Program-made: the position numbers and the translations under genes
Notes under the pieces: model-generated
The model's database searches: none
Told to the model about the DNA's origin: nothing
Seen by the model: only the letters and a program-made list of their open reading frames with translations
In this document: piece by piece, positions 49,605 to 58,888 of the stretch
Numbering within the stretch: position 1 is the first letter of the stretch
Layout: the number at the start of each line of letters is the position of its first letter
Source of the DNA: an uncultured Poribacteria bacterium
GTDB taxonomy: Bacteria; Poribacteria; WGA-4E; WGA-3G
Reading direction: 5' to 3'
Assembly (NCBI GenBank): GCA_951813565.1
Contig: OX638351.1
Span: 3,648,001 to 3,712,000 of the forward strand
DNA length: 64,000 nt

Positions 49605-50846
49605 ATGAGAATTTTAGAGAACCTAATCACAGCATTTTCAGCACTTCGGGCAAGCAAACTCCGTACAATTCTGACGCTCTTAGGGATTACAATCGGAATT
49701 GCAGGTGTGATAGCGATGATGTCGTTAGGTGCTGGCGCCGAAAAACTCATCATGTTGGAATTTGAAAAGATTGGCGGGCCCAGTATGTTTGGTGTCTATC
49801 GTCCAGGAATGATTAGGCGTAATCATCGATGGCAACGCAACACAAGCCCACATTATCTAAATATGACGGATCTACGCGATATTATAGAACAGTGTCCATC
49901 CGTTGAAGTTGCCACCGTGGAAGGCAGTTATTACATCAACTTTGATATTGAGGGAAAACACCGACCTACCTACATGCGTGCAACCACAGTTGAATATCAA
50001 GCAGTTCGCCAATGGCATACCGAAGTAGGTAGATTTCTCGCCGATACAGACATGGACCTCTGGAATAAGGTTTGTGTCATCGGTTCACGAGTTTGGAAAG
50101 AACAGTTCAAGGGGATGGATCCGATCGGGAAAGAAGTTGGAATCAATAACAAACGTTTTACTGTTATCGGAATTATGGAAAGCCGCGGTCCAGGGTTAGA
50201 GGCAGGCAAAAGTGACGATAATATGATTTTCATTCCGATTACAACTGCCCAAACTCGGTTTTGGGGACATGATAACGTTGGACACATTATGGTTCGTGCA
50301 AAAAGTCCGCTTGTGGTAGACCAAGCGGTTAAAGAGGTGCAAACCGTAATTAGACGCAACCACGGTGGGGACGACACCTTTTTTAGAACATGGCAAGCGC
50401 AAAAAGGCATTGAAAGCGCGAAAAAGACGATCTTTATTATTGAGTTGGTGTTAGTTATTATTGCTTCTGTTTCGTTGATTGTTGGCGGCATCGGTATTCT
50501 AAATATTATGCTCGTTTCGGTTACAGAGCGAATACCGGAGATTGGATTACGAAAAGCTGTCGGTGCAAAAAACTACCAAATTCGGTTCCAATTTCTAACG
50601 GAATCGATCCTCCTATGTCTCATTGGCAGTTTGCTCGGTATTGCCTTAGGAGCATTAGTCGGACAAGGTTTTGCGTGGGCAGTCGGCAAATTCATGAGGG
50701 GAATGATCGGATGGCCTTCTGTTGTCACCATAAAATCTGTGCTTATTTCTGTTGCAGCAGGTACTGCTGTTGGCATATTTTTCGGTTATTACCCCGCCAG
50801 TCAAGCAGCAAAATTAAGTCCAATTGATGCTATCCGACATACATAG
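49605..50846 (+). CDS. MacB/FtsX-family ABC transporter permease
   Basis: LRTILTLLGITIG, GGIGILNIMLVSVTERIPEIGLRKAVGA and YPASQAAKLSPIDAIR motifs. Confidence 0.9.
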   Translation: MRILENLITAFSALRASKLRTILTLLGITIGIAGVIAMMSLGAGAEKLIMLEFEKIGGPSMFGVYRPGMIRRNHRWQRNTSPHYLNMTDLRDIIEQCPSVEVATVEGSYYINFDIEGKHRPTYMRATTVEYQAVRQWHTEVGRFLADTDMDLWNKVCVIGSRVWKEQFKGMDPIGKEVGINNKRFTVIGIMESRGPGLEAGKSDDNMIFIPITTAQTRFWGHDNVGHIMVRAKSPLVVDQAVKEVQTVIRRNHGGDDTFFRTWQAQKGIESAKKTIFIIELVLVIIASVSLIVGGIGILNIMLVSVTERIPEIGLRKAVGAKNYQIRFQFLTESILLCLIGSLLGIALGALVGQGFAWAVGKFMRGMIGWPSVVTIKSVLISVAAGTAVGIFFGYYPASQAAKLSPIDAIRHT

Positions 50847-50891
50847 TAATACCTGTTTTGACTGATGATTCTCATTAACAAAAGACGCGTT

Positions 50892-50980
50892 TGTAGTCGA
50901 GCAATTCATTGCGCCTCTTCCTGTGAATCAACGCCAAATAAGTGTTTGGTATTTGTCGGGAGCGAGTTCCAGCTCGCGAC
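50892..50980 (+). repeat. Two REPs, one carrying a degenerate 34-bp micro-element (50923-50956)
   Basis: GTAGTCGAGCAATTCATTGCGCC, then GAATCAACGCCAAATAAGTGTTTGGTATTTGT|CGGGAGCGAG. Confidence 0.6.
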
Positions 50981-51030
50981 TTTACCGAGAAATGGCAAAA
51001 AACGCGGAAACTAAATAGCCTTATGGATGC

Positions 51031-51852
51031 ATGAATGGAACAAGAGCCGTGGAAAAACTTGGCATTATCGCAGGAGCAGGTGAACTTCCAATCCTTGTTG
51101 CGAAAAACGCGGCAGCACAAGGACGAAAACCGATAATCATACAGATCACAAAAACGGATGAACAACGTTTTACTGAAATACAGTGTGAAGTCCATTCTTA
51201 CGGTGTAGGACAGATCCAGAAAATAACACAGAAACTTCTCGATTTAAACATAAAAGAACTCGTCGTAATTGGAAAAATTGAGCCAAGTATCTTGTTACGT
51301 CCCTTCCAAGTTGATGCAACCGCACTCAAGATTTTGGCACAGAATCGTAGCCAAAGCCCCACCTCACTCGTTTCAGCAGTCCTTGAACACTTTCAAAACG
51401 CGGGACTCTCTATCCTAAATCAAGATCATTTTCTATTTGATTTATTACCTGAACCCGGTGTACTCACAAAACGCAAACCGAATGATGCACAGTGGGACGA
51501 TATAAAAATGGGCATAGCGATAGCACGACAGATAGCGAACCTTGATATTGGACAAACTGTTATCATCAAAAATCAGATTATTCTTGCGATTGAGGCTATT
51601 GAAGGAACAGATGCCACAATTTATAGAGGTGGAGACTTAGGTGGGAAAGGCGTTGTGGTTGCCAAAGCCGCATCTGAAAACCACGATTTTCGTATTGATG
51701 TCCCAACAGTAGGTATGCAAACACTTCAGACACTGCATGCTGTCAAAGGAAGCGTTTTGGCAGTTGAAGCAAGACGAACCTTTGTTATGGAGCCAGAGAT
51801 CCTATTTGAACAGGCTGACCGTTGGAAGATTTCGATTGTTGCTGTGGAATAA
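51031..51852 (+). CDS. lpxI: UDP-2,3-diacylglucosamine diphosphatase LpxI
   Basis: LGIIAGAGELP, DIGQTV, AIEAIEGTD and DFRIDVPTVG motifs. Confidence 0.9.
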   Translation: MNGTRAVEKLGIIAGAGELPILVAKNAAAQGRKPIIIQITKTDEQRFTEIQCEVHSYGVGQIQKITQKLLDLNIKELVVIGKIEPSILLRPFQVDATALKILAQNRSQSPTSLVSAVLEHFQNAGLSILNQDHFLFDLLPEPGVLTKRKPNDAQWDDIKMGIAIARQIANLDIGQTVIIKNQIILAIEAIEGTDATIYRGGDLGGKGVVVAKAASENHDFRIDVPTVGMQTLQTLHAVKGSVLAVEARRTFVMEPEILFEQADRWKISIVAVE

Positions 51853-51911
51853 CGAATTCTAAAAGTTATTTGATAAGATAGGTGTAGACACCATCGGAAT
51901 CTGAATAATAT

Positions 51912-51940
51912 TTGACAAACAAAATCGTATATGGTATTAT
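51912..51940 (+). promoter_or_regulatory. Putative sigma70 promoter for ferredoxin
   Basis: TTGACA, 17-bp spacer ending in TGG, then TATTAT. Confidence 0.55.
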
Positions 51941-52010
51941 TGAAGTTAGAATAGCCCAACGCTCATGAGGCGAAATTGGTATAAAGTCTAACGAAAGGAG
52001 AATTTATACA

Positions 52011-52274
52011 ATGACTTATGTAATTTGTGAGCCTTGTATTGACCTCAAGGACAACGCTTGTGTTGATGTTTGCCCGGTGGACTGCATTCATCCGCATCCA
52101 ACTGATGCTCCCGACGAATATGAAGAGGTGAATCAACTGTTTATCGACCCCGAAGAATGCATCGATTGTAGTGTGTGTGAACCGGAATGTCCCGTTGAAG
52201 CGATCTTTATGGAAGAAGATGTCCCTGAAGAATGGGAACATTTCACACAAATCAATGCAGATTACTTTCTTTAA
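52011..52274 (+). CDS. fdxA: 7Fe/8Fe dicluster ferredoxin
   Basis: MTYVICEPCIDLKDNACVDVCPVDCI and CIDCSVCEPECP motifs. Confidence 0.93.
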   Translation: MTYVICEPCIDLKDNACVDVCPVDCIHPHPTDAPDEYEEVNQLFIDPEECIDCSVCEPECPVEAIFMEEDVPEEWEHFTQINADYFL

Positions 52275-52355
52275 TCTCAAAAAGAGGGCGAACGGGTTTG
52301 TTAATTAGGTTTCCTTATCTAACGTCCTGAAAATTAACATCCGTTTTGACTCCAA

Positions 52356-52670
52356 ATGCTGGAATTTCAACCCACCGAAATCAAACGTTTGCCGCATAGT
52401 TTATCAATTCAATGGAAGGATGGACATCGGAGTGAACACACATACCGATTACTCCGAGAGAGTTGTCCGTGTGCACGGTGTGATGCGATAAGACAAGAAA
52501 ATGACCCGTTTAGGATGGTACCATCGGAAGAATATTGGGAAAAATTACATTTGGTGGGGATTCAACGTGTTGGACGCTATGCTATACAGTTAATGTGGAG
52601 CGACGGACACAAGACTGGAATTTATACATTCACCTTTTTACGCGAACTCTCTGACTCAAAGGTTACTTAA
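52356..52670 (+). CDS. DUF971 / GBBH-like N-terminal domain protein
   Basis: WKDGH, LRESCPCARC and VGRYAIQLMWSDGHKTGIY motifs. Confidence 0.88.
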   Translation: MLEFQPTEIKRLPHSLSIQWKDGHRSEHTYRLLRESCPCARCDAIRQENDPFRMVPSEEYWEKLHLVGIQRVGRYAIQLMWSDGHKTGIYTFTFLRELSDSKVT

Positions 52671-52727
52671 GTCACTTTTCTCGCCTCTTTCAACCTGCCA
52701 GTTTTTTTAATCATGATCAATCTAACA

Positions 52728-53333
52728 TTACTCCTCTAACAACTGGGCAACCAAATAACAGTTAGGTGTTTTCTGAACAGCACCGAGTGCCTCGCTAAGT
52801 TTTTTGCACCTTTGCCAATAGTCGGCATACTTCACAGGTTCATAGTTTTTACGTTGTCCGATGAAAGTTTTTTTACAGCAAGCCAATTCCTTGCCGTTAT
52901 CAATTGGATAGCCCCATACACGACATATCACTGGGCGATGTTCATAAACAGAGCATACTCCACCAATAAGCATCGGACATTCGCCAGAAGTTTTCCCTTT
53001 GACCACTTCAATCGCTTCTATACCTGAATCTTTTATCATATTTTCAGCGGTATAACCCTCCGCTTCTAATACTTTGATAGTCCGCTGTGCTTTTTGACGA
53101 ATATGTTCGCGTATCTGTTTTGGAAGTGCGTCCAATGCGGTTTTGAGATCGCGTGCTTCCACTTCACTAATTGGTATTGTTGAAGTGTTAAGGCAGCATT
53201 GAAAACAATTTGTCGGACAAGGAACCCGACCGTATTCTTCTCGTACCCGTTGCACATCTCTATCAATTTCCGCAACAAGTTCGTGATAGACAGTCATTAC
53301 ATGTTCAATTACCTGTTCAGGTTGCGTTTCCAT
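52728..53333 (-). CDS. YkgJ-family cysteine cluster (CxxxCxxCC) protein
   Basis: CPTNCFQCC and CPMLIGGVCSVYEHRPVICR motifs. GAGGAG RBS. Confidence 0.85.
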   Translation of the reverse strand: METQPEQVIEHVMTVYHELVAEIDRDVQRVREEYGRVPCPTNCFQCCLNTSTIPISEVEARDLKTALDALPKQIREHIRQKAQRTIKVLEAEGYTAENMIKDSGIEAIEVVKGKTSGECPMLIGGVCSVYEHRPVICRVWGYPIDNGKELACCKKTFIGQRKNYEPVKYADYWQRCKKLSEALGAVQKTPNCYLVAQLLEE

Positions 53334-54267
53334 CTTGTTTCTCCTCTTCAACAACAGTAAACTCACAGATAGCATGTCGAAAAACTACGACCTTAGAACC
53401 GTTTTTCAACACCATTTTGATTTCATACGGACTGATCCAGTCAACTGTGCCTTGAAAAATTTCGCCTTCACGAAGGATTATTTCAATTGAATTCCCATCT
53501 TTCCGAGCGTGCCGAATTGTTTCTGGATCAATGATATATCCTTCATCTTGAGAGAGAGCGGGTTTGAGTTGTTTCGCTTTAATGTCTTCATTATAGCGAA
53601 GAAGCGCAATTACGTTTTCTGCGTCAACGTCCTTATAGCAATACTTCACCTCAGTTTTTGGTACAATTTTTTCCTTACCGTTACAATTAAGTGTTAATCC
53701 TGAAAGCGTCATTTCTAACACAATAGCAGGCAATTGTACATCATTATAAAGCGCAAAAAACATCGGTGTTTCAAAATTAATTTGCTTAAGGATATATAGG
53801 TCACCGAAACTAAGTTGTCTGGAAGTTTGTTCCTTCTCTTCTGTTACCGTTTCGGTTTGTGTGGTAGAACTTTCACTTTGAGGTCGTTTTCGCGATTGTT
53901 CTTGTGTATATTTAGCATTCGTATTAGAATCCTTGTCCTTTGTTTTATCGGAAAACGACTTATCTTCATCAAAGAACTGATCCTGATTTTGGGCTGGAAA
54001 TCCAGAGTAGCCGCGTGGAATAATAGTTTTACCTTGTCGTAACCACCTTCGTTCTGTCGGTGTTAGCAACACTTCAACGTTTTTAGCGACTAAACCTTTT
54101 TCGCCTTCAACAACGCTATACTTTACGCGTTGCCCAACCCGAAGTTCCTCGTATTCTGCATACTTAATCGCGGAACTATGTAAGAAGACATCTTCCTCAC
54201 TGCTATCTTGTGCGATAAATCCGAATCCTTTATCCAAATTGTAATACTTAATTCGTCCTGTAGGCAT
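53317..54267 (-). CDS. Cold-shock domain fused to two Hfq/Sm-like domains
   Basis: N-terminal GRIKYYNLDKGFGFI..DVFLH (RNP1/RNP2), a disordered linker, then two Hfq-like repeats, the last ending VVFRHAI. Confidence 0.75.
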   Translation of the reverse strand: MPTGRIKYYNLDKGFGFIAQDSSEEDVFLHSSAIKYAEYEELRVGQRVKYSVVEGEKGLVAKNVEVLLTPTERRWLRQGKTIIPRGYSGFPAQNQDQFFDEDKSFSDKTKDKDSNTNAKYTQEQSRKRPQSESSTTQTETVTEEKEQTSRQLSFGDLYILKQINFETPMFFALYNDVQLPAIVLEMTLSGLTLNCNGKEKIVPKTEVKYCYKDVDAENVIALLRYNEDIKAKQLKPALSQDEGYIIDPETIRHARKDGNSIEIILREGEIFQGTVDWISPYEIKMVLKNGSKVVVFRHAICEFTVVEEEKQDGNAT

Positions 54268-54692
54268 TATCTGCTCCTGGGTTTTTCCTCCGCATCGGGA
54301 AGATGCCTATAACCATTCGCGTTCCTGCGCCCAGCATTTAATTGTGGCTGCCTCAAAATGATTAAAAATCTGAAAACAACAAAATAGTACACAACGAGAA
54401 TTTGCCTCGCAACTGAATTGTATGTTTCTTTTGACATAACAACACTTTTTATCTATAATGTAAGCATAGACGTTCTGAACGTTTAAACGTAAATGTCTAC
54501 TTTTTTCTATATCGAATCTTGCTGGAAACAAGAAAACATTTCAAGGCATACTATAGTACATCATAATCTAATGTATTTGTCAAGTATGATTTTTTATTTA
54601 ACATAATTATTCCATAATTCAACCACTTTGACGGAAAACAACTTTCCACCTTGCCCGACCACTACACTGCATCTTAGGAAACAACAAACTAA

Positions 54693-54860
54693 TACCATTT
54701 CTATTTGATCGCCTTTCATTTACAAAAAACACGTTTGTAGTCGCGCAATTCATTGCCAAATCAACGCCAAATGCGCGTTTGGCATTTGGCGCCTCGGACA
54801 TTCTTCAACTCAGCTTGAACCGATAATTTCACAATGAAGTCTCATTTTTGAGAAATGGTA
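54693..54860. mobile_element. MITE family C copy (TAA TSD) with a REP and a 34-bp micro-element (54756-54789)
   Basis: TAA|TACCATTTCT...AGAAATGGTA|TAA. Copy of 32307-32494. Confidence 0.78.
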
Positions 54861-54863
54861 TAA

Positions 54864-55088
54864 TACCAAATTACCCTAAATCGTAGGGGCGGGTCTCTGT
54901 GCCCGCCCTTACCATCGGCAATGAAAACAATGCAATTCTCGTTAATTTGGTATAAGATGTCGCGAGCTGGAGCTCGCTCCTACAGGAAGAAGGAAGTAAT
55001 ACCAAATTACCCTAAATCGTAGGGGCGGGTCTCTGTGCCCGCCCTTACCATCGGCAATGAAAACAATGCAATTCTCGTTAATTTGGTA
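54864..55088. mobile_element. Two identical 89-bp MITEs, family D (54864-54952 and 55000-55088; TIR TACCAAATT, TAA TSD), each carrying a REP
   Basis: TAA|TACCAAATT...GTAGGGGCGGGTCTCTGTGCCCGCCC...AATTTGGTA|TAA occurs twice, separated by another REP. Confidence 0.8.
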
Positions 55089-55138
55089 TAACTCATTCCT
55101 AACGCCTACTATTCAAAAGTCTACATAAGGAGAATTTC

Positions 55139-56428
55139 ATGGCAACAGATTTGACACATCACATTCAGTCTATCCGTTTAGTTGATACACATGAACACAT
55201 GCGGCGTGAAAACGACTGGGTAGAGAATGGTCCCGATATCTTGCAAGACCTATTCGGAAATTATGTGCCAGCAGACCTACATACCGCCGGTGCTACGCCA
55301 CAGGCAATGGAAAATCTGATGGACTCATCTAAAGACATCAAGTCACGGTTTGAAGGTGTCCGAGAAGCATGGGAAGCGACACAATTTACTGGATACGGCG
55401 AAGCAGTCAGTCTTATCGCTAAACATATCTACGGACTTGACGAACTGACTGGTGATGGACTTGCTCAGGCACAAGATAAACTCAAGACAATTCGCACTCC
55501 CGGAAAACGTTATCATATTTTACACGACCTTGCGAATTTAGACCATATCCAAACAGATGATTTCAGCTGGCCGTGTACCCTCGACACCTCTGGCCCCGAT
55601 TTTTTCTTATACGATCTTTCATGGGCAACTTTCTGCAATGGTCAAATTGATCCGAATGCTATCCATGCTGAAACGGGTATTGAAGTCAAGGACCTCGCGT
55701 CGTTGAAAAGCGGCATGGAGGCGATTTTTGCCAAACATGCCTCCTGCGCAATCGCAGTAAAAGCACAACACGCTTACAACCGTACACTTCACTGGATCGA
55801 ACGGAGTGATGCCGATGCTTCCGCAGCGCTCAATGCAGTGCTAATAAAACCAGCCAAAGAAATTGATGAAGCAACACGTCTTTGTCTTGGCGATTGGTGT
55901 TGGGCACGTGGTGTTGAACTCACAATTGAACACAATCTCCCGTTCAAAATACATACTGGCTACTATGCAGGCAACAATCGGATGCCGTTAAGCCGTATTC
56001 CAGCAGGCAATATGTGTGCCTTATTTGCTCGCTATCTGGATGCAAAGTTTGTTCTAATGCACATTGCATATCCCTACAACGATGAATTGGTAGCACTTGC
56101 AAAGCACTATCGCAACATTTGGGTTGATTTTTGCTGGGCATGGAGTATAGACCCTTATAGTTCGCGCGATTTTTTGCGTCGGTGCATTCATGCGGTACCA
56201 TCAAATAAGTTGTTTGCCTTTGGAGGCGATACTGGATGGCCTACAAGTGCAATGGCTTATGCAATTCAGGCACGAAACGAAATTCGACGTGCGCTTGAAG
56301 CCGAAATAGCAGATGGATATCTTACCGAAAAACAAGCGATGACGTTTGCTACGCAGATTATGCATACAAATCAGTACGCTTGCTTTGATGTCAACGGCAC
56401 CCGTGCTAATATTGCCAAAGCAGCATAG
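55139..56428 (+). CDS. Amidohydrolase superfamily protein
   Basis: VDTHEH, KIHTG, LMHIAYP and FGGD motifs. Confidence 0.85.
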   Translation: MATDLTHHIQSIRLVDTHEHMRRENDWVENGPDILQDLFGNYVPADLHTAGATPQAMENLMDSSKDIKSRFEGVREAWEATQFTGYGEAVSLIAKHIYGLDELTGDGLAQAQDKLKTIRTPGKRYHILHDLANLDHIQTDDFSWPCTLDTSGPDFFLYDLSWATFCNGQIDPNAIHAETGIEVKDLASLKSGMEAIFAKHASCAIAVKAQHAYNRTLHWIERSDADASAALNAVLIKPAKEIDEATRLCLGDWCWARGVELTIEHNLPFKIHTGYYAGNNRMPLSRIPAGNMCALFARYLDAKFVLMHIAYPYNDELVALAKHYRNIWVDFCWAWSIDPYSSRDFLRRCIHAVPSNKLFAFGGDTGWPTSAMAYAIQARNEIRRALEAEIADGYLTEKQAMTFATQIMHTNQYACFDVNGTRANIAKAA

Positions 56429-56479
56429 TGCTACTGAGCTTACAATTAAATCTAAAAGTACCGATACATTTTCGGTGCT

Positions 56480-56643
56480 TGTAGTCGCGCAATTCATCGC
56501 GCCTCTTACATTTACAGTAATGCGTTGAAATTATAGTAAAATTCACAATTACCTTTACATTGGCGAGGTTAGGAAACCTCGCCAGCGCATGCGTGTGGGA
56601 ATTGCTGTTCATTGAAATGTGAACATATTATTGGATTTTACTA
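56480..56643. repeat. Uninterrupted REP (56480-56505) plus a MITE-like element (56534-56643)
   Basis: GTAGTCGCGCAATTCATCGCGCC, then TAGTAAAAT...ATTTTACTA enclosing TGGCGAGGTTAGGAAACCTCGCCA. Confidence 0.65.
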
Positions 56644-56693
56644 TAAAAGTGGACCGAAATATATTCATAATTATGTGTTTTCTATAAACGTAA

Positions 56694-57734
56694 TTACGAG
56701 TCGCGCAATTCCTTCAAGCTTTCTGTATAAGGCGCGTGTGCTACACCCTTTTCGGTAATAATTGCCGTGACTAATGAAGCTGGTGTAACGTCAAAAGCAG
56801 GGCTATAGACCTTTACACCCTTAGGTGCGGTCAACTTGCCGAAGCCTTCTGTCACCTCTTCTGCTGAACGTTGCTCAATCGGAATCTCTGCACCGGTTGC
56901 CAGTGCAAAATCTAACGTTGATGTCGGGGCAGCGACATAAAAAGGGATGTCGTGTGCCTGTGCAAGAATGGCAACATTATAGGTGCCGATTTTGTTCGCA
57001 GTGTCTCCGTTTGCAGCAATCCGATCTGCACCAACAATAACGCACTGGATTTTACCCTCTTTCATAACTTGCGCAGCCATATTATCACAGATAAGTGTTA
57101 CGTCAATGCCTGCTTGCATTAGTTCCCACGTTGTAAGGCGTGCACCTTGTAACAAGGGGCGTGTCTCATCAGCGTAAACCTGAATCTGCTTACCAGCTTC
57201 GTGTGCACTGAACATTACGGCTAACGCTGTGCCGTAGTCGGACGTGGCTAATCCACCAGCATTACAATGCGTCAAAATCGTATCGTTTTCATTGAGCAAT
57301 GCCATACCGTGTTGCCCAATAGCACGGCACATCGCTTTATCCTCTTCAATAATTTTCTCTGCCTCTGCAAGCAGTACCGCTTTGAGTTCAGAGACAGAAA
57401 GATGACTATTTTCTTCAGCTGTTTTTGTAATTCTATCAAGTGCCCAAAAGAGATTAACAGCTGTTGGTCGGGACGTTGCAAGATAATCGGTTGCAGATTT
57501 TAGTTCTGCTGCAAATGTTTCATAAGTTTTCGCAGTGGAATTCCATATCCCAAGCACTGCACCCAATGCCCCAGCGATGCCAATTGCGGGCGCACCTCGG
57601 ACGCGCAATGATTTAATCGCCTCCCAAATAGATGGGAGGTCATCACAATAAATCTGTTTGAATTCATTGGGCAACAGTGTTTGATCTATTAACTTAATCC
57701 TACCGTCTGCCCATTCAATTGTTGAAACTGCCAT
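56694..57734 (-). CDS. mtnA: S-methyl-5-thioribose-1-phosphate isomerase
   Basis: VRGAPAIG, RPTAVNL, THCNAG, DETRPLLQGARLT and GDTANKIGT motifs. Confidence 0.96.
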   Translation of the reverse strand: MAVSTIEWADGRIKLIDQTLLPNEFKQIYCDDLPSIWEAIKSLRVRGAPAIGIAGALGAVLGIWNSTAKTYETFAAELKSATDYLATSRPTAVNLFWALDRITKTAEENSHLSVSELKAVLLAEAEKIIEEDKAMCRAIGQHGMALLNENDTILTHCNAGGLATSDYGTALAVMFSAHEAGKQIQVYADETRPLLQGARLTTWELMQAGIDVTLICDNMAAQVMKEGKIQCVIVGADRIAANGDTANKIGTYNVAILAQAHDIPFYVAAPTSTLDFALATGAEIPIEQRSAEEVTEGFGKLTAPKGVKVYSPAFDVTPASLVTAIITEKGVAHAPYTESLKELRDS

Positions 57735-57824
57735 TTTTGCGTTAGTATCCTCCTCTTATAGTGAAACCCATAATTATTTTTACGTTCTTATTCTTATGTG
57801 GATTTCAAACACAAGATAAATTTA

Positions 57825-58810
57825 AGAGGCGCAATGAATTGCGCGACTACAAACACCGCTAACCGTCAGAAACGAAATTGCTGGATTATCTCTTGTAGGA
57901 AGGTTTACAAAGCTTTCCACCACCCCTGGTAGGCGCGTTTTGTAAACGCGCCGTTTATTGTGTCTTAGGTCTGGGCCCGGCGCGTTTACAAAACACCAAA
58001 TCAACGCTATGAATGCCTTTATGGCATTCCCCGTATGGCATGCTGCCAAATCAACGCAGCATGCGCCAAATCAAGAAATCAACGGTATGAATCATGGCGA
58101 ATCATGTAGAATACCAAAAGCGTATTCTACCAAGCGCATTCGTCTTTAGTCATTCACCGGGTATGAATGCCTTATGGCATTCCCCGTATGGCATTTGTCG
58201 GGACTAAAGAGTGTGTCCGCAACGTTTTCTATAAACATATCGTCCCTACGGGACTAAGGAAAATACCGAATTTATTTTTTAATCTTCATGTAAACGCGCC
58301 GTTTATTGTGTCTTAGGTCTGGGTCCGGCGCGTTTACAAAACACCAAATCAACGCTATGAATGCCTTATACCAAATTCATTTGATTCATCGTCTTTACAT
58401 ACCGCTCCGCTGGAGCGGAAGACAGAAAACTCCACGTGCTATAAACATACCGCTCCGCTGGAGCGGAAGAGTAGAAAAAACACTGGAAAAACAAGACGAA
58501 TTCCGTTAATTTGGTATTATGGCATTCCCCGTATGGCATGCTGCCAAATCAACGCAGCATGCGCCAAATCAACGCTATGAATGCCTTATGGCATTCCCCG
58601 TCCGGCATGCTGCCAAATCAACGCAGCATGCGCCAAATCAACGCTATGAATGCCTTATGGCATTCCCCGTCCGGCATTCATCCAAATCAACGCAGCATGC
58701 GCGTATGGCATGCTGCCAAATCAACGCTGAATGCGCGTGTAGGCATTCAGCGGGGTTGAAAACCCGCCAAATGCCAAAAAGCGCATTTGGCGTTGATTCA
58801 CTCCCACAAG
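57825..58810. repeat. Nested pile of REPs, MITEs and CCAAATCAACG micro-elements
   Basis: About 10 (CC)AAATCAACG units, a 69-bp tandem composite, a duplicated REPIN segment, and a family-D MITE at 58369-58516 with a TTA TSD. Confidence 0.85.
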
Positions 58811-58888
58811 AAAGTGTATTCTTAAGTTGACACTTATGGGTAGAGCGAAACACACACCCATCAAATCCATAACTCATCTTTGCGATCA

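Noticed and set aside
58517..58760. CRISPR-like array of recurring CCAAATCAACGC
   Set aside because: The intervening sequences are repeated hairpins, not unique spacers, the constant part is only about 11 bp, and no cas genes are present. Nested micro-elements explain it better.
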